Counted from the stretch's first letter, positions 11,404-22,417 are shown. The stretch: DNA of 64,000 nt from an uncultured cyanobacterium (GCA_963749915.1 CAVVOP010000019.1:1-64000); one strand, 5' to 3'. Notes: a model not told the origin generated them from the letters alone. Translations and numbers: made by a program.

Positions 11404-11419
11404 GTACAACTAATTGTAC
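11404..11419. promoter_or_regulatory. Probable YefM autoregulatory operator
   Basis: Palindrome GTACAA-CTAA-TTGTAC directly upstream of the antitoxin; resembles the TGTACA core of YefM operators. Confidence 0.55.
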
Positions 11420-11494
11420 CATAAAGAATCATAAAGCTTGAATTAGGAAGTGAATTGCTCGTCAAATATATAGTCAGGATTGAGACGATAATTC

Positions 11495-11554
11495 TTTACC
11501 TCCTTTAAGGGAGGAGTAGGAAAAACAACAACTGCTGTTCATCTTGCTTGTTAC
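11495..11554 (+). pseudogene. ParA-family ATPase N-terminal stub
   Basis: Translates FTSFKGGVGKTTTAVHLACY (deviant Walker A), then stops next to a MITE. Confidence 0.75.
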
Positions 11555-11564
11555 GGCCTATAAG

Positions 11565-11752
11565 TAGTAAGTGTACAAGAACTTACGCTAAGGCTGAAAC
11601 TCAGTCAGCACAAGACTTTTGCGTGAATACATAGTTACTAACTAGATGAGGAATTTTGAAATCTGAATAAGAACTTGAAGGCTGAAACCCTATTAAATTC
11701 CTTGGCTTGACTCGCCAAAAAGTCCTTAACGTTATTTTCTGTACACTTGCTA
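11565..11752. mobile_element. MITE with TA-ended inverted repeats
   Basis: TAGTAAGTGTACA ... TGTACACTTGCTA (12/13 match); non-coding interior. Confidence 0.55.
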
Positions 11753-11789
11753 CCAAAACCCCAATTAGCCCAAGAAATGGACTCTCTAG

Positions 11790-11930
11790 ATGAATAAAGT
11801 TGCCATCAATACCTCTCCCTTAATTGTCTTATTTAAAAGTCAGTTGGCTTACTTACTGCCACAACTATTCACTGAAATTATTGTGCACTCTGGTGTTTGG
11901 GCTGAAATTGTGGCAGCGAAAAAGCGATCG
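11790..11930 (+). pseudogene. DUF3368-like PIN-domain protein, N-terminal fragment
   Basis: MNKVAINTSPLIVLFKSQLAYLLPQLFTEIIVHSGVWAEIV; preceded by an overlapping gene end (..QLAQEMDSLDE*); runs into a HIP1-rich repeat tract. Confidence 0.6.
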
Positions 11931-12030
11931 CCTTTCAACCCGAAATAGCGATCGCATTCAACCTCCCAAACCCGATCGCCCTTCAATTCCAAACGACGGG
12001 AGCCAAGCGCTGCGAGCCGCGCAGTTCGCC

Positions 12031-12300
12031 CTACATCCGCTTAAGAAATTCATCGTACTGATCATGTGTGCCAATCCAATACCAGTAGATGTGATTAGAT
12101 TCCAATAGACCCAGAACACGATAGTTAAGACTGACACGAGCAGAGTAAATTGGTTGTCGCTGGCTAACTCGTTTAAATTGAAGACTAGGATGATATGGAT
12201 CTTCTTTCCAGAATTCATAGGCTTTTGCCGCCTGTTCCTGAACTGATAAAGGTAGTTCACTAAGCAGCTTACGGAATGTTTTGGTTACACTTGATTTCAT
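12031..12300 (-). CDS. RelE/ParE-superfamily toxin
   Basis: DPYHPSLQFKRV..YSARVSLNYRVLG..WYWIGTHDQYD; 4-bp overlap with the upstream small gene. Confidence 0.8.
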   Translation of the reverse strand: MKSSVTKTFRKLLSELPLSVQEQAAKAYEFWKEDPYHPSLQFKRVSQRQPIYSARVSLNYRVLGLLESNHIYWYWIGTHDQYDEFLKRM

Positions 12301-12527
12301 CCTTGATTCGGGAAAACCTCATCAAGTGGAAGGGTTTCTCCCCTTGAAATTTCCTGGCGCACCATCGCAGCCATCTCATCCCAGTGAGCATCTGTCGTCG
12401 CCTTAAAGCGAGTTTCCCATTTTTGCTCATCTCGCAATTCCGCTAGAAATCGAGCTGCGATCGCGTCTTGCTGATCTGGGGGGAGTTGTTCAATTTCCGC
12501 GATCGCTTGTCGTAGTAGTTTAGTCAT
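12297..12527 (-). CDS. Putative cognate antitoxin
   Basis: Acidic 76-aa protein MTKLLRQAIAEIEQLP..QDAIA, translationally coupled to the toxin. Confidence 0.7.
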   Translation of the reverse strand: MTKLLRQAIAEIEQLPPDQQDAIAARFLAELRDEQKWETRFKATTDAHWDEMAAMVRQEISRGETLPLDEVFPNQG

Positions 12528-12628
12528 AATTCATTTATGCTAAAGTTTTCCCAACTTTATCACTTATTTATTTGAGAAGATAGTTACTAAAGTATATCTT
12601 ATCATATTAAAATAATTACCTGAAATTA

Positions 12629-13814
12629 ATGAGTGGAATAGAATGGTTATCGAGAGTTCCACTATCAATAAAAGAGGCAAAAAATTTAGTTTCAGAACTA
12701 TCAGAATCTGATTTGACTCCAAGTAGTTTAGAAGGATATTCATGGTGTGAAGTAAGGAATAATTATGCAGAAATTGAGCAAAGATGGTTAATAGTAGAAA
12801 GTGAAAAAAGAAAAGTATCAGAGCTAGAAAAATTAAGGGAAAAAATAGAGAAAGAAAAAGAAAAAACCGAAGAAATATTAAAGAAATTGATGAAAGAAGA
12901 ATTTAGCTCATCAGAGGGAGCTTATGAAACAGTTGTGAGACTAAATAAGACTTTAAAATATCATCAAATAACCGATCTAAAAATGACAGAAAGTGAGTTA
13001 AATAATCACAAGAAAAAATCGAAAAAGAAAGAAGAAAAATCGGGAAAAACTTATCAAGTTACGGCTATTTTGAAATCAGATTTAACGAAAATAAACGAAT
13101 CAAAAAAAAGAGCAGGAAGATTTGTGTTAGCTACAAATAGATTGGATAAAAGTAAATTTAATTCTGATGAAATTTTAATTAAGTATAAAGAGCAACAAGC
13201 CGCAGAAAGAGGTTTTAGTTTTTTGAAAGAGCCATTATTTTTTGCCGATAGTGTGTTTTTAAAAACCCCAAAAAGAATCGAAACAATGGCAATGTTGATG
13301 GGGTTATGTCTGTTAGTCTATTCTTTGGGGCAAAGAGAAGTGCGTCGCTTATTAGAGGAGAGAAAAACGGGGATAAAAAATCAGCTAGGAAAACTAACGG
13401 AACGTCCAACGTTAAGATGGATATTTCAATGTTTTCAGGGGATTCATTTAGTAATAAATCAAGGAATAAAACAGATAGTAAATCTAACAAATGAACGAAA
13501 ACTAATTTTAAGTTTTTTCCCGATTTCTTGTCATAATTATTATATTTTATCTGGATAACTTATGGGATTTAAGAGTCTAAATATTCTCAATTATAATACC
13601 ATAAATAAAGAATAGAAAACTGATAGATTTGCTCTGTTTATTTATTCTCATTAAAGGTGAAGTTATTGACAATGAGATTTTAATTTGAGCAAAGTTCGCG
13701 AGCACAAAACGCGAATAAAGAAGATATTGAGTATGATTACTTATATTTTGTCCAAAATAAGTTGCTTGGTTTTAATACTTTTATCATCTTACAAAGTGAC
13801 GTGCGGAATGTGGG
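12629..13814 (+). mobile_element. IS1634-family element, 5'-truncated (transposase C-terminal part 12629..13558)
   Basis: WLSRVP, GRFVLATN, YKEQQAAERGFSFLK, RPTLRWIFQCFQGI; right end TGCGGAATGTGGG. Confidence 0.85.
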
Positions 13815-13828
13815 TTGTATTTTGACAT

Positions 13829-13914
13829 CTGATACCTGATACCTGATACCTGATACCTGATACCTGATACCTGATACCTGATACCTGATACCTGATACCT
13901 GATACCTGATACCT
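13829..13914. repeat. STRR heptamer tandem repeat (CTGATAC), about 12 copies
   Basis: Read directly from the sequence. Confidence 0.95.
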
Positions 13915-14006
13915 CACTAAAACAATTAATTCTCTTATTGCGTAACGTCAGTTAGTAATTTGCCACAGTTAATCTGAAAGAGCAAAAAAAATTGAGATGG
14001 AAAAAA

Positions 14007-14834
14007 TTAAATTTTAATATCAGGTAAAGATTTTTTAAAAAGATATAACCAGACTAAACCAAATGTTCCGAAAGCGATCGCACCTAGGCTAACTATTTGA
14101 GCAATTCGCAAAAAACCAATCATTAAACTATCAGTTCTAAAACCCTCAATCCAAACTCTACCAAAACTATAAGCGATTAAATAAACTAAAAAAATAGTGC
14201 CATTTTTTAGTTTATTATTGTTCTTAATACTCCAAAAAAATAGACTAATTAATAATATGAAAACTCCAATGTTCCACAAAGATTCATATAAAAAAGTTGG
14301 GTGAAAATAGTCAAAATCGAGATATTGAATCGGGCGATTATTCGGCGGAATATATAACTTCCAAAACAAATTTGTCGGGATGCCAAAGGCTTCCGAATTG
14401 AAAAAATTACCCCATCTACCAATAGCTTGTCCTAAAATTAAAGAAGGGGCAATAACATCTGCTAATTCCCAAAAAGATTGTCGGTTAATCTTCGCAAAAA
14501 TTAAAGCTGCAATGACACCACCAATAATAGCACCATGAATAGCAATTCCTCCTTGCCAAATAGCAATTATATCTTGAGGATGTCGGGCATAATTTTGCCA
14601 CTCAAATAAAACATAATAAATTCTAGCGGCAGGAATAGCACCGATAACTAACCAGATAACTAAATCACCAATTAAATCAGGATCAATGTGACGATATTTT
14701 CCCAATTTCTGGGCAAGGATAACACCAACTAACACCGCCGAAGCAATTAAAAAACCATACCATCTTAAACTAATGGGACCAATTTCAAATAAAATAGGAC
14801 CTGGGGATTGAAATTGAAAAGCAAAAAAATTCAT
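14007..14834 (-). CDS. lgt: Prolipoprotein diacylglyceryl transferase
   Basis: [39 protein letters not shown]. Confidence 0.97.
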   Translation of the reverse strand: MNFFAFQFQSPGPILFEIGPISLRWYGFLIASAVLVGVILAQKLGKYRHIDPDLIGDLVIWLVIGAIPAARIYYVLFEWQNYARHPQDIIAIWQGGIAIHGAIIGGVIAALIFAKINRQSFWELADVIAPSLILGQAIGRWGNFFNSEAFGIPTNLFWKLYIPPNNRPIQYLDFDYFHPTFLYESLWNIGVFILLISLFFWSIKNNNKLKNGTIFLVYLIAYSFGRVWIEGFRTDSLMIGFLRIAQIVSLGAIAFGTFGLVWLYLFKKSLPDIKI

Positions 14835-14869
14835 AAATTATTAGCAAATTTAGACACTAAACAGCTTAA

Positions 14870-16123
14870 ATGACGGATTATTCTGATGTTATCATTATCG
14901 GCGGTGGTGCAGCGGGTTTTTTCGGGGCGATTAATTGTGCTATACATAATAACAACCTTCAGGTTACAATTTTAGAGGCAACAAATCAACTATTGGGGAA
15001 GGTGAAAATTTCTGGGGGGGGTAGGTGTAACCTTACCCATAGTTGTTTCAACCCTGGGGAGTTGGTCACTCATTATCCCCGTGGGGGGAAGGAATTGAGA
15101 GGTGCTTTTTCTCGGTTTCAACCCCAGGATACCATGAAGTGGTTTGAAAGTCGGGGGGTAAGGTTAAAGACGGAAGCCGATGGTAGAATTTTCCCCGTCA
15201 CCGATGATTCGCAAACAATTATTGATTGTCTCGTAAAAACCGCACAACAATTGGGGATAAAAATTTTAACTCAAACTCCCGTTAAAGAAATTATTAAGTC
15301 AGAATCTGGTTTTAATTTAAGGCTTAAATCTGGAGATATTTTTAGTGCTAAATCACTTTTGATCGCCACAGGAAGTAACATTTTAGGCTATGAATGGGCA
15401 AAAAGTTTAGGTCATTCTATTCAATCTCCAACTCCTTCTTTATTTACTTTTAAAATTAAAGATATAAGATTAAATAATTTACCAGGTATTAGTGTCAATA
15501 ATGTACATTTACAACTAGCTATTAAACAGGGTAAAAAACTCGAACACAAAGGGGCATTATTAGTTACTCACTGGGGCATAAGTGGTCCTGCTGTCTTAAA
15601 ATTATCTGCATGGGGTGCTAGAATTTTATATGATAATAAGTATAATTTACCGTTAATTATTAATTGGCTTCCTGACTATAATTTAGAATCCATAAAGCAG
15701 AAGTTAGTTAAGGTAAAAGAATCCGTATCGAAACAGAAAGTTATTAATTATAGTCAATTTAATGTACCAAAAAGACTATGGCAAAGTATCGTTAGTTATA
15801 GTTTAGGTAACCTTAATAAAATTTGGGCAGAAATGACCAAAAAAGAGATGGAAAAATTAGCGGTAGAATTAACGAGAGGGGAATATCTTATCCAAGGAAA
15901 AGGGATGTTTAAAGATGAATTTGTTACTTGCGGAGGAGTGACATTGAAAGAGGTAGATTTTAAAACAATGATGAGTAAAATTTGTCGTAATTTATATTTT
16001 GCAGGAGAGATTTTAGATATTGATGGAGTAACGGGAGGGTTTAATTTTCAAAGTGCGTGGACGACTGGTTATTTAGCAGGAACGGCAATTAGTAGTCATA
16101 ATATTAATATGCAGTCAAGTTAA
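14870..16123 (+). CDS. HI0933/BaiN-family NAD(P)/FAD-dependent oxidoreductase
   Basis: GGGAAG, KVKISGGGRCN, FVTCGGV, DGVTGGFNFQSAW. Confidence 0.93.
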   Translation: MTDYSDVIIIGGGAAGFFGAINCAIHNNNLQVTILEATNQLLGKVKISGGGRCNLTHSCFNPGELVTHYPRGGKELRGAFSRFQPQDTMKWFESRGVRLKTEADGRIFPVTDDSQTIIDCLVKTAQQLGIKILTQTPVKEIIKSESGFNLRLKSGDIFSAKSLLIATGSNILGYEWAKSLGHSIQSPTPSLFTFKIKDIRLNNLPGISVNNVHLQLAIKQGKKLEHKGALLVTHWGISGPAVLKLSAWGARILYDNKYNLPLIINWLPDYNLESIKQKLVKVKESVSKQKVINYSQFNVPKRLWQSIVSYSLGNLNKIWAEMTKKEMEKLAVELTRGEYLIQGKGMFKDEFVTCGGVTLKEVDFKTMMSKICRNLYFAGEILDIDGVTGGFNFQSAWTTGYLAGTAISSHNINMQSS

Positions 16124-16139
16124 ACCCAAAAAGCTAGCC

Positions 16140-18902
16140 ATGACCAACTTTCGACACAAGAGTCTTATGCTCATCCTTCTCCTCTTGGTGATGGGATTAT
16201 CACTCTCGAAAACAGGAGTGCATCTTCTCACAGAGGCATGGTGGTTTGAGGCAATTGGCTTTTCCCAAGTCTTTTGGACGCGGCTGATGTGGCAAATAGG
16301 TGTCTGGGTAGTCAGCTTCACCTTCTATGGGCTGTTTCTTTGGGGCAACTACCGACTAGCCCGATACTGGACTCGCGGTCAGAACCTTCATCTGTGGCGA
16401 ACTAGTTACATAGAAGGTTACAGCAAAACAACTCTTCATTATCTCGTGGTGATGTTGATTTTTCTGACCGCTTTAGCTGCCGCCTCCTCCAGTCTTCCCG
16501 CTTGGGAAACCCTCCTTAAGTTTCTGCATTCCAGTGAGTTTGGCAGCCGCGACCCCATTTTTGGTCAGGATATTGGTTTCTATGTGTTTCGACTGCCTCT
16601 TTACGAAAGTCTCCGCCTTTGGCTGTTGGGACTCTTACTTGGAGCATTATTGCTCTCTGCCTCAGTTTACGCACTTACGGGGAACATTGTGCCGGGACGG
16701 GGCAGTCCAACGAGAATGCCAAAAGCCCCTAAGGCACACCTGAGTTGGCTATTAGGAGGGATTTCTCTTTGGGTGGCTTGGGGTTTCTGGCTTGGTCGCT
16801 ATCACCTGCTTTACTCCCGTGAAGGGGTCGTCTTCGGGGCTGGTTACACGGATGTCCATGGCCATCTATTGGCTTACGGGGTGATTAGTTTCCTCTCGTT
16901 GTTGGTAGCAATCTTGTTTGTTGTCTGTGCTTGGCAGAGAACTTTCGCCTTGCCCCTTCTCGGAATTGGGCTATCCGCCGCGGCTTTCTTGCTGCTTAAC
17001 GGAATTTACCCCTCCTTTGTGCAGCAATTTATCGTCGCCCCCAACGAATTAACCAAGGAAAAGCCTTACCTCGCCCACAACGTCCAATTTACCCAAGCAG
17101 CTTACCACCTGAGTGATGTTCAGCGGCAAAATTACGCCGCCGAAAACCGACTCAACCGCCCGGTCTTACAGAAAAATCAGTCAACCGTCCGCAACATCCG
17201 TCTTTGGGACTATCGCCCCCTCCTCAGTACCTACCGCCAACTCCAGGAAATCCGACTCTATTACGAGTTTCTCGATGTGGATGTCGATCGCTACACGCTG
17301 AACGGGGACTACCAGCAGGTGATGCTATCAGGACGGGAATTGTCCTTTAATCGCGTTCCCCAGGCAGCGCAAACTTGGGTCAACCAGCATCTCAAATATA
17401 CTCACGGCTACGGTTTAGTGATGAGTCCAGTGAATCGAGTGACAGCTAGTGGCTTGCCCGAACTCTACCTCCAGGATATTCCCCCCGTCTCTAGCGTCAA
17501 CTTAAAGGTCACTCAACCTGCCATTTACTATGGCGAAGGGACGGATGCCTATATCTTTACAGGAACGACGACTGAAGAATTTGACTATCCCCTGGGAGAG
17601 AACAATGCCTTTACGCAATACCAGGGAAAAGGCGGCGTTCCCCTGTCTTCTCTCTGGCGCAGGCTGGCTTATGCCTATGATTTCGGCAGCCTCCAGATTT
17701 TAATTTCCGACTACTTTACCAACCAGTCACGACTTCATTATTACCGTCAAGTTCAGGAACGTGTCAAGCAGGTCGCACCCTTCCTGCGCTTTGATAGCGA
17801 TCCCTATCTGGTGCTGCTCGATGGCAAGTTGCAGTGGATTGTCGATGCCTATACCGTCAGCGATCGCTACCCTTATTCTGAACCGGCGATCCCCCATCGG
17901 GAGGCAGCCAGTCTCCTCAAAGGGGGAAATTTGGAGTCGATTTTAGCGGGGCAGGTTAACTACATTCGCAACTCGGTCAAGGTGCTAGTGGATGCCTATG
18001 AGGGGACGTTGCAGTTCTTCGCCATAGATGAGACTGACCCCGTCCTCGCCACCTACCGCCAGATATTTCCCGACCTGTTCGAGGCTCGCGCCGCCATTCC
18101 CCCAGAACTGAAAGCCCATTTTCGCTATCCCCTCGACCTGTTCAAAATTCAGGCACAGATGTACCTGTCCTATCACATGAGCGATCCGGAGGCCTTTTAC
18201 AATCAAGAAGACCTATGGCAGGTGCCCATGGAGACTTACGAAGAAGGCAGCGAGCAGATGATGGAGCCCTACTATGTGATTCTGCGTCTGCCAGCCGAAG
18301 ACCAGGAAGAGTTTATCTTGATTTTGCCGTTTACCCCAGCCCAGAAAGACAACATGATTGCCTGGATGGCGGCACGTTCTAATGGCTCTGAATATGGCAA
18401 GTTACTATTGTATGAATTTCCCAAACAAAAACTGGTCTACGGTCCGCGACAAATTGAAGCCCGCATCGACCAAGACCCGAAAATTTCCCAACAGTTTACT
18501 CTCTGGAGTCAGTCCGGGTCGAAAGTGATTCGCGGGGATTTGTTGGTCATTCCGATGGCAGAGTCTTTATTGTATGTCGAACCTGTCTATCTTAGGGCTG
18601 AACAAGGGGAATTGCCTGAATTGAAGCGGGTGATTGTTGTCTATGACAAGTCAGTGGCGATGGAAGAAACCTTAGAACAATCCTTAGGGGTCATTTTTGG
18701 AGAGGAACAAGTGCACCAGCGAGTACCGGGTCTGGGTGGAGAAAAGAATTCAGCCCTAGCTCAATCAGCTCTCTTAATTTACCAGAAAGCTCAAGAAGCC
18801 TTGCGTCAGGGCAATTGGGCTGAGTATGGGCGCTATCAGCAGGAGTTGGAGAAGATTTTGCAGCAATTAAACTTAAGTTCCCCTACCCAAAAGCAAACCT
18901 AA
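16140..18902 (+). CDS. UPF0182 family membrane protein
   Basis: [40 protein letters not shown]; visibly GC-richer than its flanks. Confidence 0.93.
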   Translation: MTNFRHKSLMLILLLLVMGLSLSKTGVHLLTEAWWFEAIGFSQVFWTRLMWQIGVWVVSFTFYGLFLWGNYRLARYWTRGQNLHLWRTSYIEGYSKTTLHYLVVMLIFLTALAAASSSLPAWETLLKFLHSSEFGSRDPIFGQDIGFYVFRLPLYESLRLWLLGLLLGALLLSASVYALTGNIVPGRGSPTRMPKAPKAHLSWLLGGISLWVAWGFWLGRYHLLYSREGVVFGAGYTDVHGHLLAYGVISFLSLLVAILFVVCAWQRTFALPLLGIGLSAAAFLLLNGIYPSFVQQFIVAPNELTKEKPYLAHNVQFTQAAYHLSDVQRQNYAAENRLNRPVLQKNQSTVRNIRLWDYRPLLSTYRQLQEIRLYYEFLDVDVDRYTLNGDYQQVMLSGRELSFNRVPQAAQTWVNQHLKYTHGYGLVMSPVNRVTASGLPELYLQDIPPVSSVNLKVTQPAIYYGEGTDAYIFTGTTTEEFDYPLGENNAFTQYQGKGGVPLSSLWRRLAYAYDFGSLQILISDYFTNQSRLHYYRQVQERVKQVAPFLRFDSDPYLVLLDGKLQWIVDAYTVSDRYPYSEPAIPHREAASLLKGGNLESILAGQVNYIRNSVKVLVDAYEGTLQFFAIDETDPVLATYRQIFPDLFEARAAIPPELKAHFRYPLDLFKIQAQMYLSYHMSDPEAFYNQEDLWQVPMETYEEGSEQMMEPYYVILRLPAEDQEEFILILPFTPAQKDNMIAWMAARSNGSEYGKLLLYEFPKQKLVYGPRQIEARIDQDPKISQQFTLWSQSGSKVIRGDLLVIPMAESLLYVEPVYLRAEQGELPELKRVIVVYDKSVAMEETLEQSLGVIFGEEQVHQRVPGLGGEKNSALAQSALLIYQKAQEALRQGNWAEYGRYQQELEKILQQLNLSSPTQKQT

Positions 18903-18914
18903 TTCGAACCAATA

Positions 18915-19055
18915 AAAGAAGAGGTTACTAAAGAACCGTGCATTGCTGAGAATAGCCACCAAACACACCGGCACACCGGCTACTCCTAACCTATGGAAGG
19001 GCTGCATTAAAATATTACGCTCTGCTTGGAACACGAACATGAAGTTGAATGTTCC
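18915..19055 (-). pseudogene. psbA: Degenerate internal psbA fragment ([12 protein letters not shown]...MHGSLVTSS)
   Basis: Reverse complement aligns to about 26789-26925 with substitutions, a short duplication (gccggtgt) and a small deletion. Confidence 0.85.
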
Positions 19056-19173
19056 ACACGACTTGTTCCTAAGCTCATCCAGAGAAGTTAGCTGACCAGC
19101 TCAACAAATATTTTGCCGGAGCCTTGATTGAGTCGGTTTACAACACTGCTCGGTTAAGAATAATTATGTGTTG

Positions 19174-19429
19174 TGACAAGGATAGGCAAGAGGAGGAAGC
19201 TCACAGGTGTAGGTTTTTTACAAAAACATTCTGATGAGGGTGAAGACTTGCGGGGACAAGGGTGGAAAGTGGACAAGGAAGAGGGGAATCGTTTAAGAAA
19301 CATTTTGTTACAAATAATACAGAAATGGCTGAAAAGACCATTTTTCGTTTGTACTATCTCCCTTGTCTGCTGTCCTTCGTTCCTTCCTTGTCTTGTCTCA
19401 ACCCAAATGTAAAAAACCTACCCTTGTCA
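19174..19429. repeat. Palindromic MITE-like element, copy 1
   Basis: TGACAAGGATAGG ... CCTACCCTTGTCA ends; purine-rich left arm and pyrimidine-rich right arm; related copy at about 57352-57565. Confidence 0.6.
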
Positions 19430-19469
19430 GGGCAGGCGGGGGGATTTTAAAAATTTTGCACAAAGGTGA

Positions 19470-19495
19470 TAGGTTTTTGATCAAAGGTGGGTAAG
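19470..19495 (+). promoter_or_regulatory. SigF-type promoter of the major pilin
   Basis: TAGGT (19470) and GGGTAAG (19489) resemble the -32/-12 elements of the Synechocystis pilA1 SigF promoter. Confidence 0.7.
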
Positions 19496-19551
19496 TTATA
19501 ACCAAGAAACAAAATAAACTTTTACAAATAACTCTCACAGGAGAAAAAATC

Positions 19552-20118
19552 ATGAAACCCGAAGTAACTTTAAAATATTTAACCTACGTTGCCAACAAAA
19601 AAAACAAAGGACAAGAAGGTTTTACCTTAATCGAACTTCTCGTCGTGGTAATCATCATCGGTGTATTAGCGGCAGTTGCCTTACCTAACCTCTTAAACCA
19701 GGTGGGTAAAGCTAGAGAAACTGAAGGCAAGACTGGCGTCGGTACAATTAACCGGGCTCAACAATCACTTCACTTTGAAAAAGCAGCTTGGTCCGGTCCT
19801 ATAGTGAACACTGACCTCCAGGCGAATAACGTTCTCGGCGTGATTATCCCCGATAGTAAGTACTACACATTTAGCGTTGCAGGTGTTGCCACTGGGGCGA
19901 ATTCTACTGTTCTTGCTGAAGGTATCCCCCCTGGCAGTACTGTTGTCGATAACGGTAAATCTCAAGGTACTCGTGACTACAGTGGGATGATTGATTTTGT
20001 TGCTACTGCAGGTCAATACAACCAAATTATCTGTCAAGCTGATGTTGCTGGAACTGTTGCCGGTGCTGTACCTACAAGTACCTCAACCTGTGCTGCTAAC
20101 CACACAGAAGTCCAGTAA
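19552..20118 (+). CDS. pilA1: Type IV major pilin
   Basis: Prepilin site G|FTLIELLVVVIIIGVLAAVALP; strong RBS; SigF motif upstream; terminator-like hairpin after. Confidence 0.85.
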   Translation: MKPEVTLKYLTYVANKKNKGQEGFTLIELLVVVIIIGVLAAVALPNLLNQVGKARETEGKTGVGTINRAQQSLHFEKAAWSGPIVNTDLQANNVLGVIIPDSKYYTFSVAGVATGANSTVLAEGIPPGSTVVDNGKSQGTRDYSGMIDFVATAGQYNQIICQADVAGTVAGAVPTSTSTCAANHTEVQ

Positions 20119-20334
20119 TTGATTGTTCTCGATTCTTAGCTGAACACTTATTCTCCCCTTCTTTCCCTTTTTTGGGGTTGCAGACTGGGGAGATTTTTTT
20201 GGAAACAGACTAGTAATCTGACAACTTTATATTGAGGAACTGTCAACAGAAAAAGATGCCGTGAAAAGTCAGATGAGAAACCTCCCCCCACCCAAAATGT
20301 CCCGGTTTAAATCAGTAGCCAAGAGGAGAGAACA

Positions 20335-20880
20335 ATGAAACACAATTATAGATTCTCTATGGAATATCTAATCAAATATTGGTTGTCTTACATGAGGGCA
20401 AAAAACTTTGCTGTTGCGGGTTTTACCCTGATAGAATTAATAGTCGTCTTTCTCATATTGGGAATACTAGCGGCAGTAAGCACTCCCGTTTTTTTTGCCC
20501 AAATAGGCAAAAGTCGTGAGTCTGAATTATTAATCACCATGGGATCCATAGCCCGTACCCAACAGTCTTATCATTTTCTCTATGGAAAATTCGCCCTAAC
20601 TATGGCGGAGATAGAGGCCGAGAGTGGGAAGGTTTCGGTTAAATATTACGATTTGGATAACATTACAGGGGGTACATCTGGGGGTATATCTAATGTCAAG
20701 GTACAGGGGATCGCCCTCAATCCGGGTAAAGATCAAGTTAGGAACTATGCTATTGGGGTTTATTTCAATAATGGGGCTTTTGATCGAGCGACTTGTCAAG
20801 GTGCTTTAATTGGCAGTGCTGTTCAAGTGGGAGATCTCCCCAGCGATCCTTGTACTAATAATGGAACTAAGATTAATTGA
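20335..20880 (+). CDS. Type IV pilin-like protein (PilA2-like)
   Basis: G|FTLIELIVVFLILGILAAV; C-terminal Cys pair. Confidence 0.85.
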   Translation: MKHNYRFSMEYLIKYWLSYMRAKNFAVAGFTLIELIVVFLILGILAAVSTPVFFAQIGKSRESELLITMGSIARTQQSYHFLYGKFALTMAEIEAESGKVSVKYYDLDNITGGTSGGISNVKVQGIALNPGKDQVRNYAIGVYFNNGAFDRATCQGALIGSAVQVGDLPSDPCTNNGTKIN

Positions 20881-20964
20881 TTTAAGATAAGCTAAAACTT
20901 GTTTAACTAGATTTTTTTTTGTTCACTATAAAACAATTAGGATTTCCCTGAAGGGGAGACAAAA

Positions 20965-21495
20965 ATGAAAGGTGACTATAAACTATTTATAAAATATTTA
21001 ATCAAGTGTTTGTTTTCTTCCAGGAGAGGGACAAGTTCTCTTCGAGGTTTTACTCTACTGGAATTAATGGTAGTCCTTCTTTTTATGGGCGTTCTCAGCG
21101 CAGTGGCAATCCCTGTTTTTCTGGGGCAAGTGGGTAAAAGTCGTGAGTCCGAATTATTACTGACAATTGGTTCGATGGCTCGTAGCCAGCAGTCTTATCA
21201 TTTTTTATATGGAAAATTCGCCCTAACCCTGGTTGATCTGGAAAATGATACCGGTTCGATTTTTGCTAAGTATCACGACGTAGATAACATTACAGGGGAC
21301 AGTTCTAAGGTTAAAATGCAGGCAATTGCACTAAATCCGGGAAAAGATCAAGTTCGTGATTATGCCGTTGGAGTTTATTTCAATAATGGAGCCTATAATC
21401 GAGTAACTTGTCAAGGTGCTTTAGTTGGTAGTGCTGTTCAGGCAGGGGATCTTCCTAGTGATCCTTGTACGAATAATGGAATAAAGGTTTATTGA
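20965..21495 (+). CDS. Type IV pilin-like protein, paralog of the previous gene
   Basis: G|FTLLELMVVLLFMG; shares KSRESELL, ALNPGKDQVR and DLPSDPCTNNG with 20335..20880. Confidence 0.85.
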   Translation: MKGDYKLFIKYLIKCLFSSRRGTSSLRGFTLLELMVVLLFMGVLSAVAIPVFLGQVGKSRESELLLTIGSMARSQQSYHFLYGKFALTLVDLENDTGSIFAKYHDVDNITGDSSKVKMQAIALNPGKDQVRDYAVGVYFNNGAYNRVTCQGALVGSAVQAGDLPSDPCTNNGIKVY

Positions 21496-21646
21496 TGAGA
21501 ATTCTTACTGAAATCTCGTGATAAAAGTATTAGGTTTCAGCTGTTGGGTTGAGGATTTTTTAGCTATTTCAAAATTCGCACTAGGATATTTTTGAATTTG
21601 TGATTATAATTGTAGTCGAGAATTATTCTTTGCTTTGAGATTATAT

Positions 21647-22417
21647 ATGCGTTTATTGAGTCTAGTTGCTACTTTCATTAGTCTAGCCGTATCTCTCGTT
21701 GGTGTTGCCTTTCTTCAATCCAAACAACTTCGAGCAATAACAGAGGATATTAATCCTAATTATCAACAAGAAGCCGAGAAGCAACGCATTTTTTTAGAAA
21801 TGCAAACAAAAATGCCTCGTTTTGGCTTTAAAAATATTTGGGCAGATTGGAATTATCTTCAGTTTATTCAGTATTTCGGCGATGCCCCCGCTAGGGAAAT
21901 GACAGGGTACTCCCTCATTCCTCAATTTTTTGCCACCATTGTCAAAGACGATCCTCGCTTTATCAAAGCGATGCTTATGCTCTCTGTTACTAACTCGATG
22001 TATGCTGCTAGTCCTAAGACAACGGTAAAACTTCTCAATCAAGTTCTTCAGGAAATCACTCCCGAATTAGATCCCTTAAGTCCTTACATCTGGAGCTATA
22101 AGGGGGTTGACGAAATGCTCTTTTTAGGAGATATTAAAGGGGCTCAACACTCCTACGAAATGGCTGCTGAGTGGGCATTAAGAACCAACGACAAAGATAA
22201 AGAAGCCGTTGCCCAACGTAACCGAGAAACGGCGGCTTTTCTCGCGAAAAATCCTGATAGTAAAAAAGCGAGGGTGGCGGCGTGGATGTTTATTCTTAGC
22301 GGTGGTATTAATGAAGAAACACAAAAACTGGCAATTCGGGAAATTATTTCCTTGGGGGGGAAAGTTACCCTAACTCCTGAAGGTAATTTAAAAGTAGATT
22401 TTCCCGAAGACGATTAG
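21647..22417 (+). CDS. Conserved pilin-locus protein (Sll1696-like)
   Basis: FGFKNIWADWNYLQFIQYFGD motif; position after the pilins matches the Synechocystis pilA1-pilA2-sll1696 order (from memory). Confidence 0.7.
   Translation: MRLLSLVATFISLAVSLVGVAFLQSKQLRAITEDINPNYQQEAEKQRIFLEMQTKMPRFGFKNIWADWNYLQFIQYFGDAPAREMTGYSLIPQFFATIVKDDPRFIKAMLMLSVTNSMYAASPKTTVKLLNQVLQEITPELDPLSPYIWSYKGVDEMLFLGDIKGAQHSYEMAAEWALRTNDKDKEAVAQRNRETAAFLAKNPDSKKARVAAWMFILSGGINEETQKLAIREIISLGGKVTLTPEGNLKVDFPEDD

Noticed and set aside
13829..13914. Heptamer arrays (also 24151 and 25981) as CRISPR or a new repeat system
   Set aside because: No spacers; these are ordinary cyanobacterial STRR repeats.
20335..21495. Pilin paralogs as a DGR TR/VR pair or a shufflon
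   Set aside because: Differences are not adenine-specific, and no RT, recombinase or inverted crossover sites are present.
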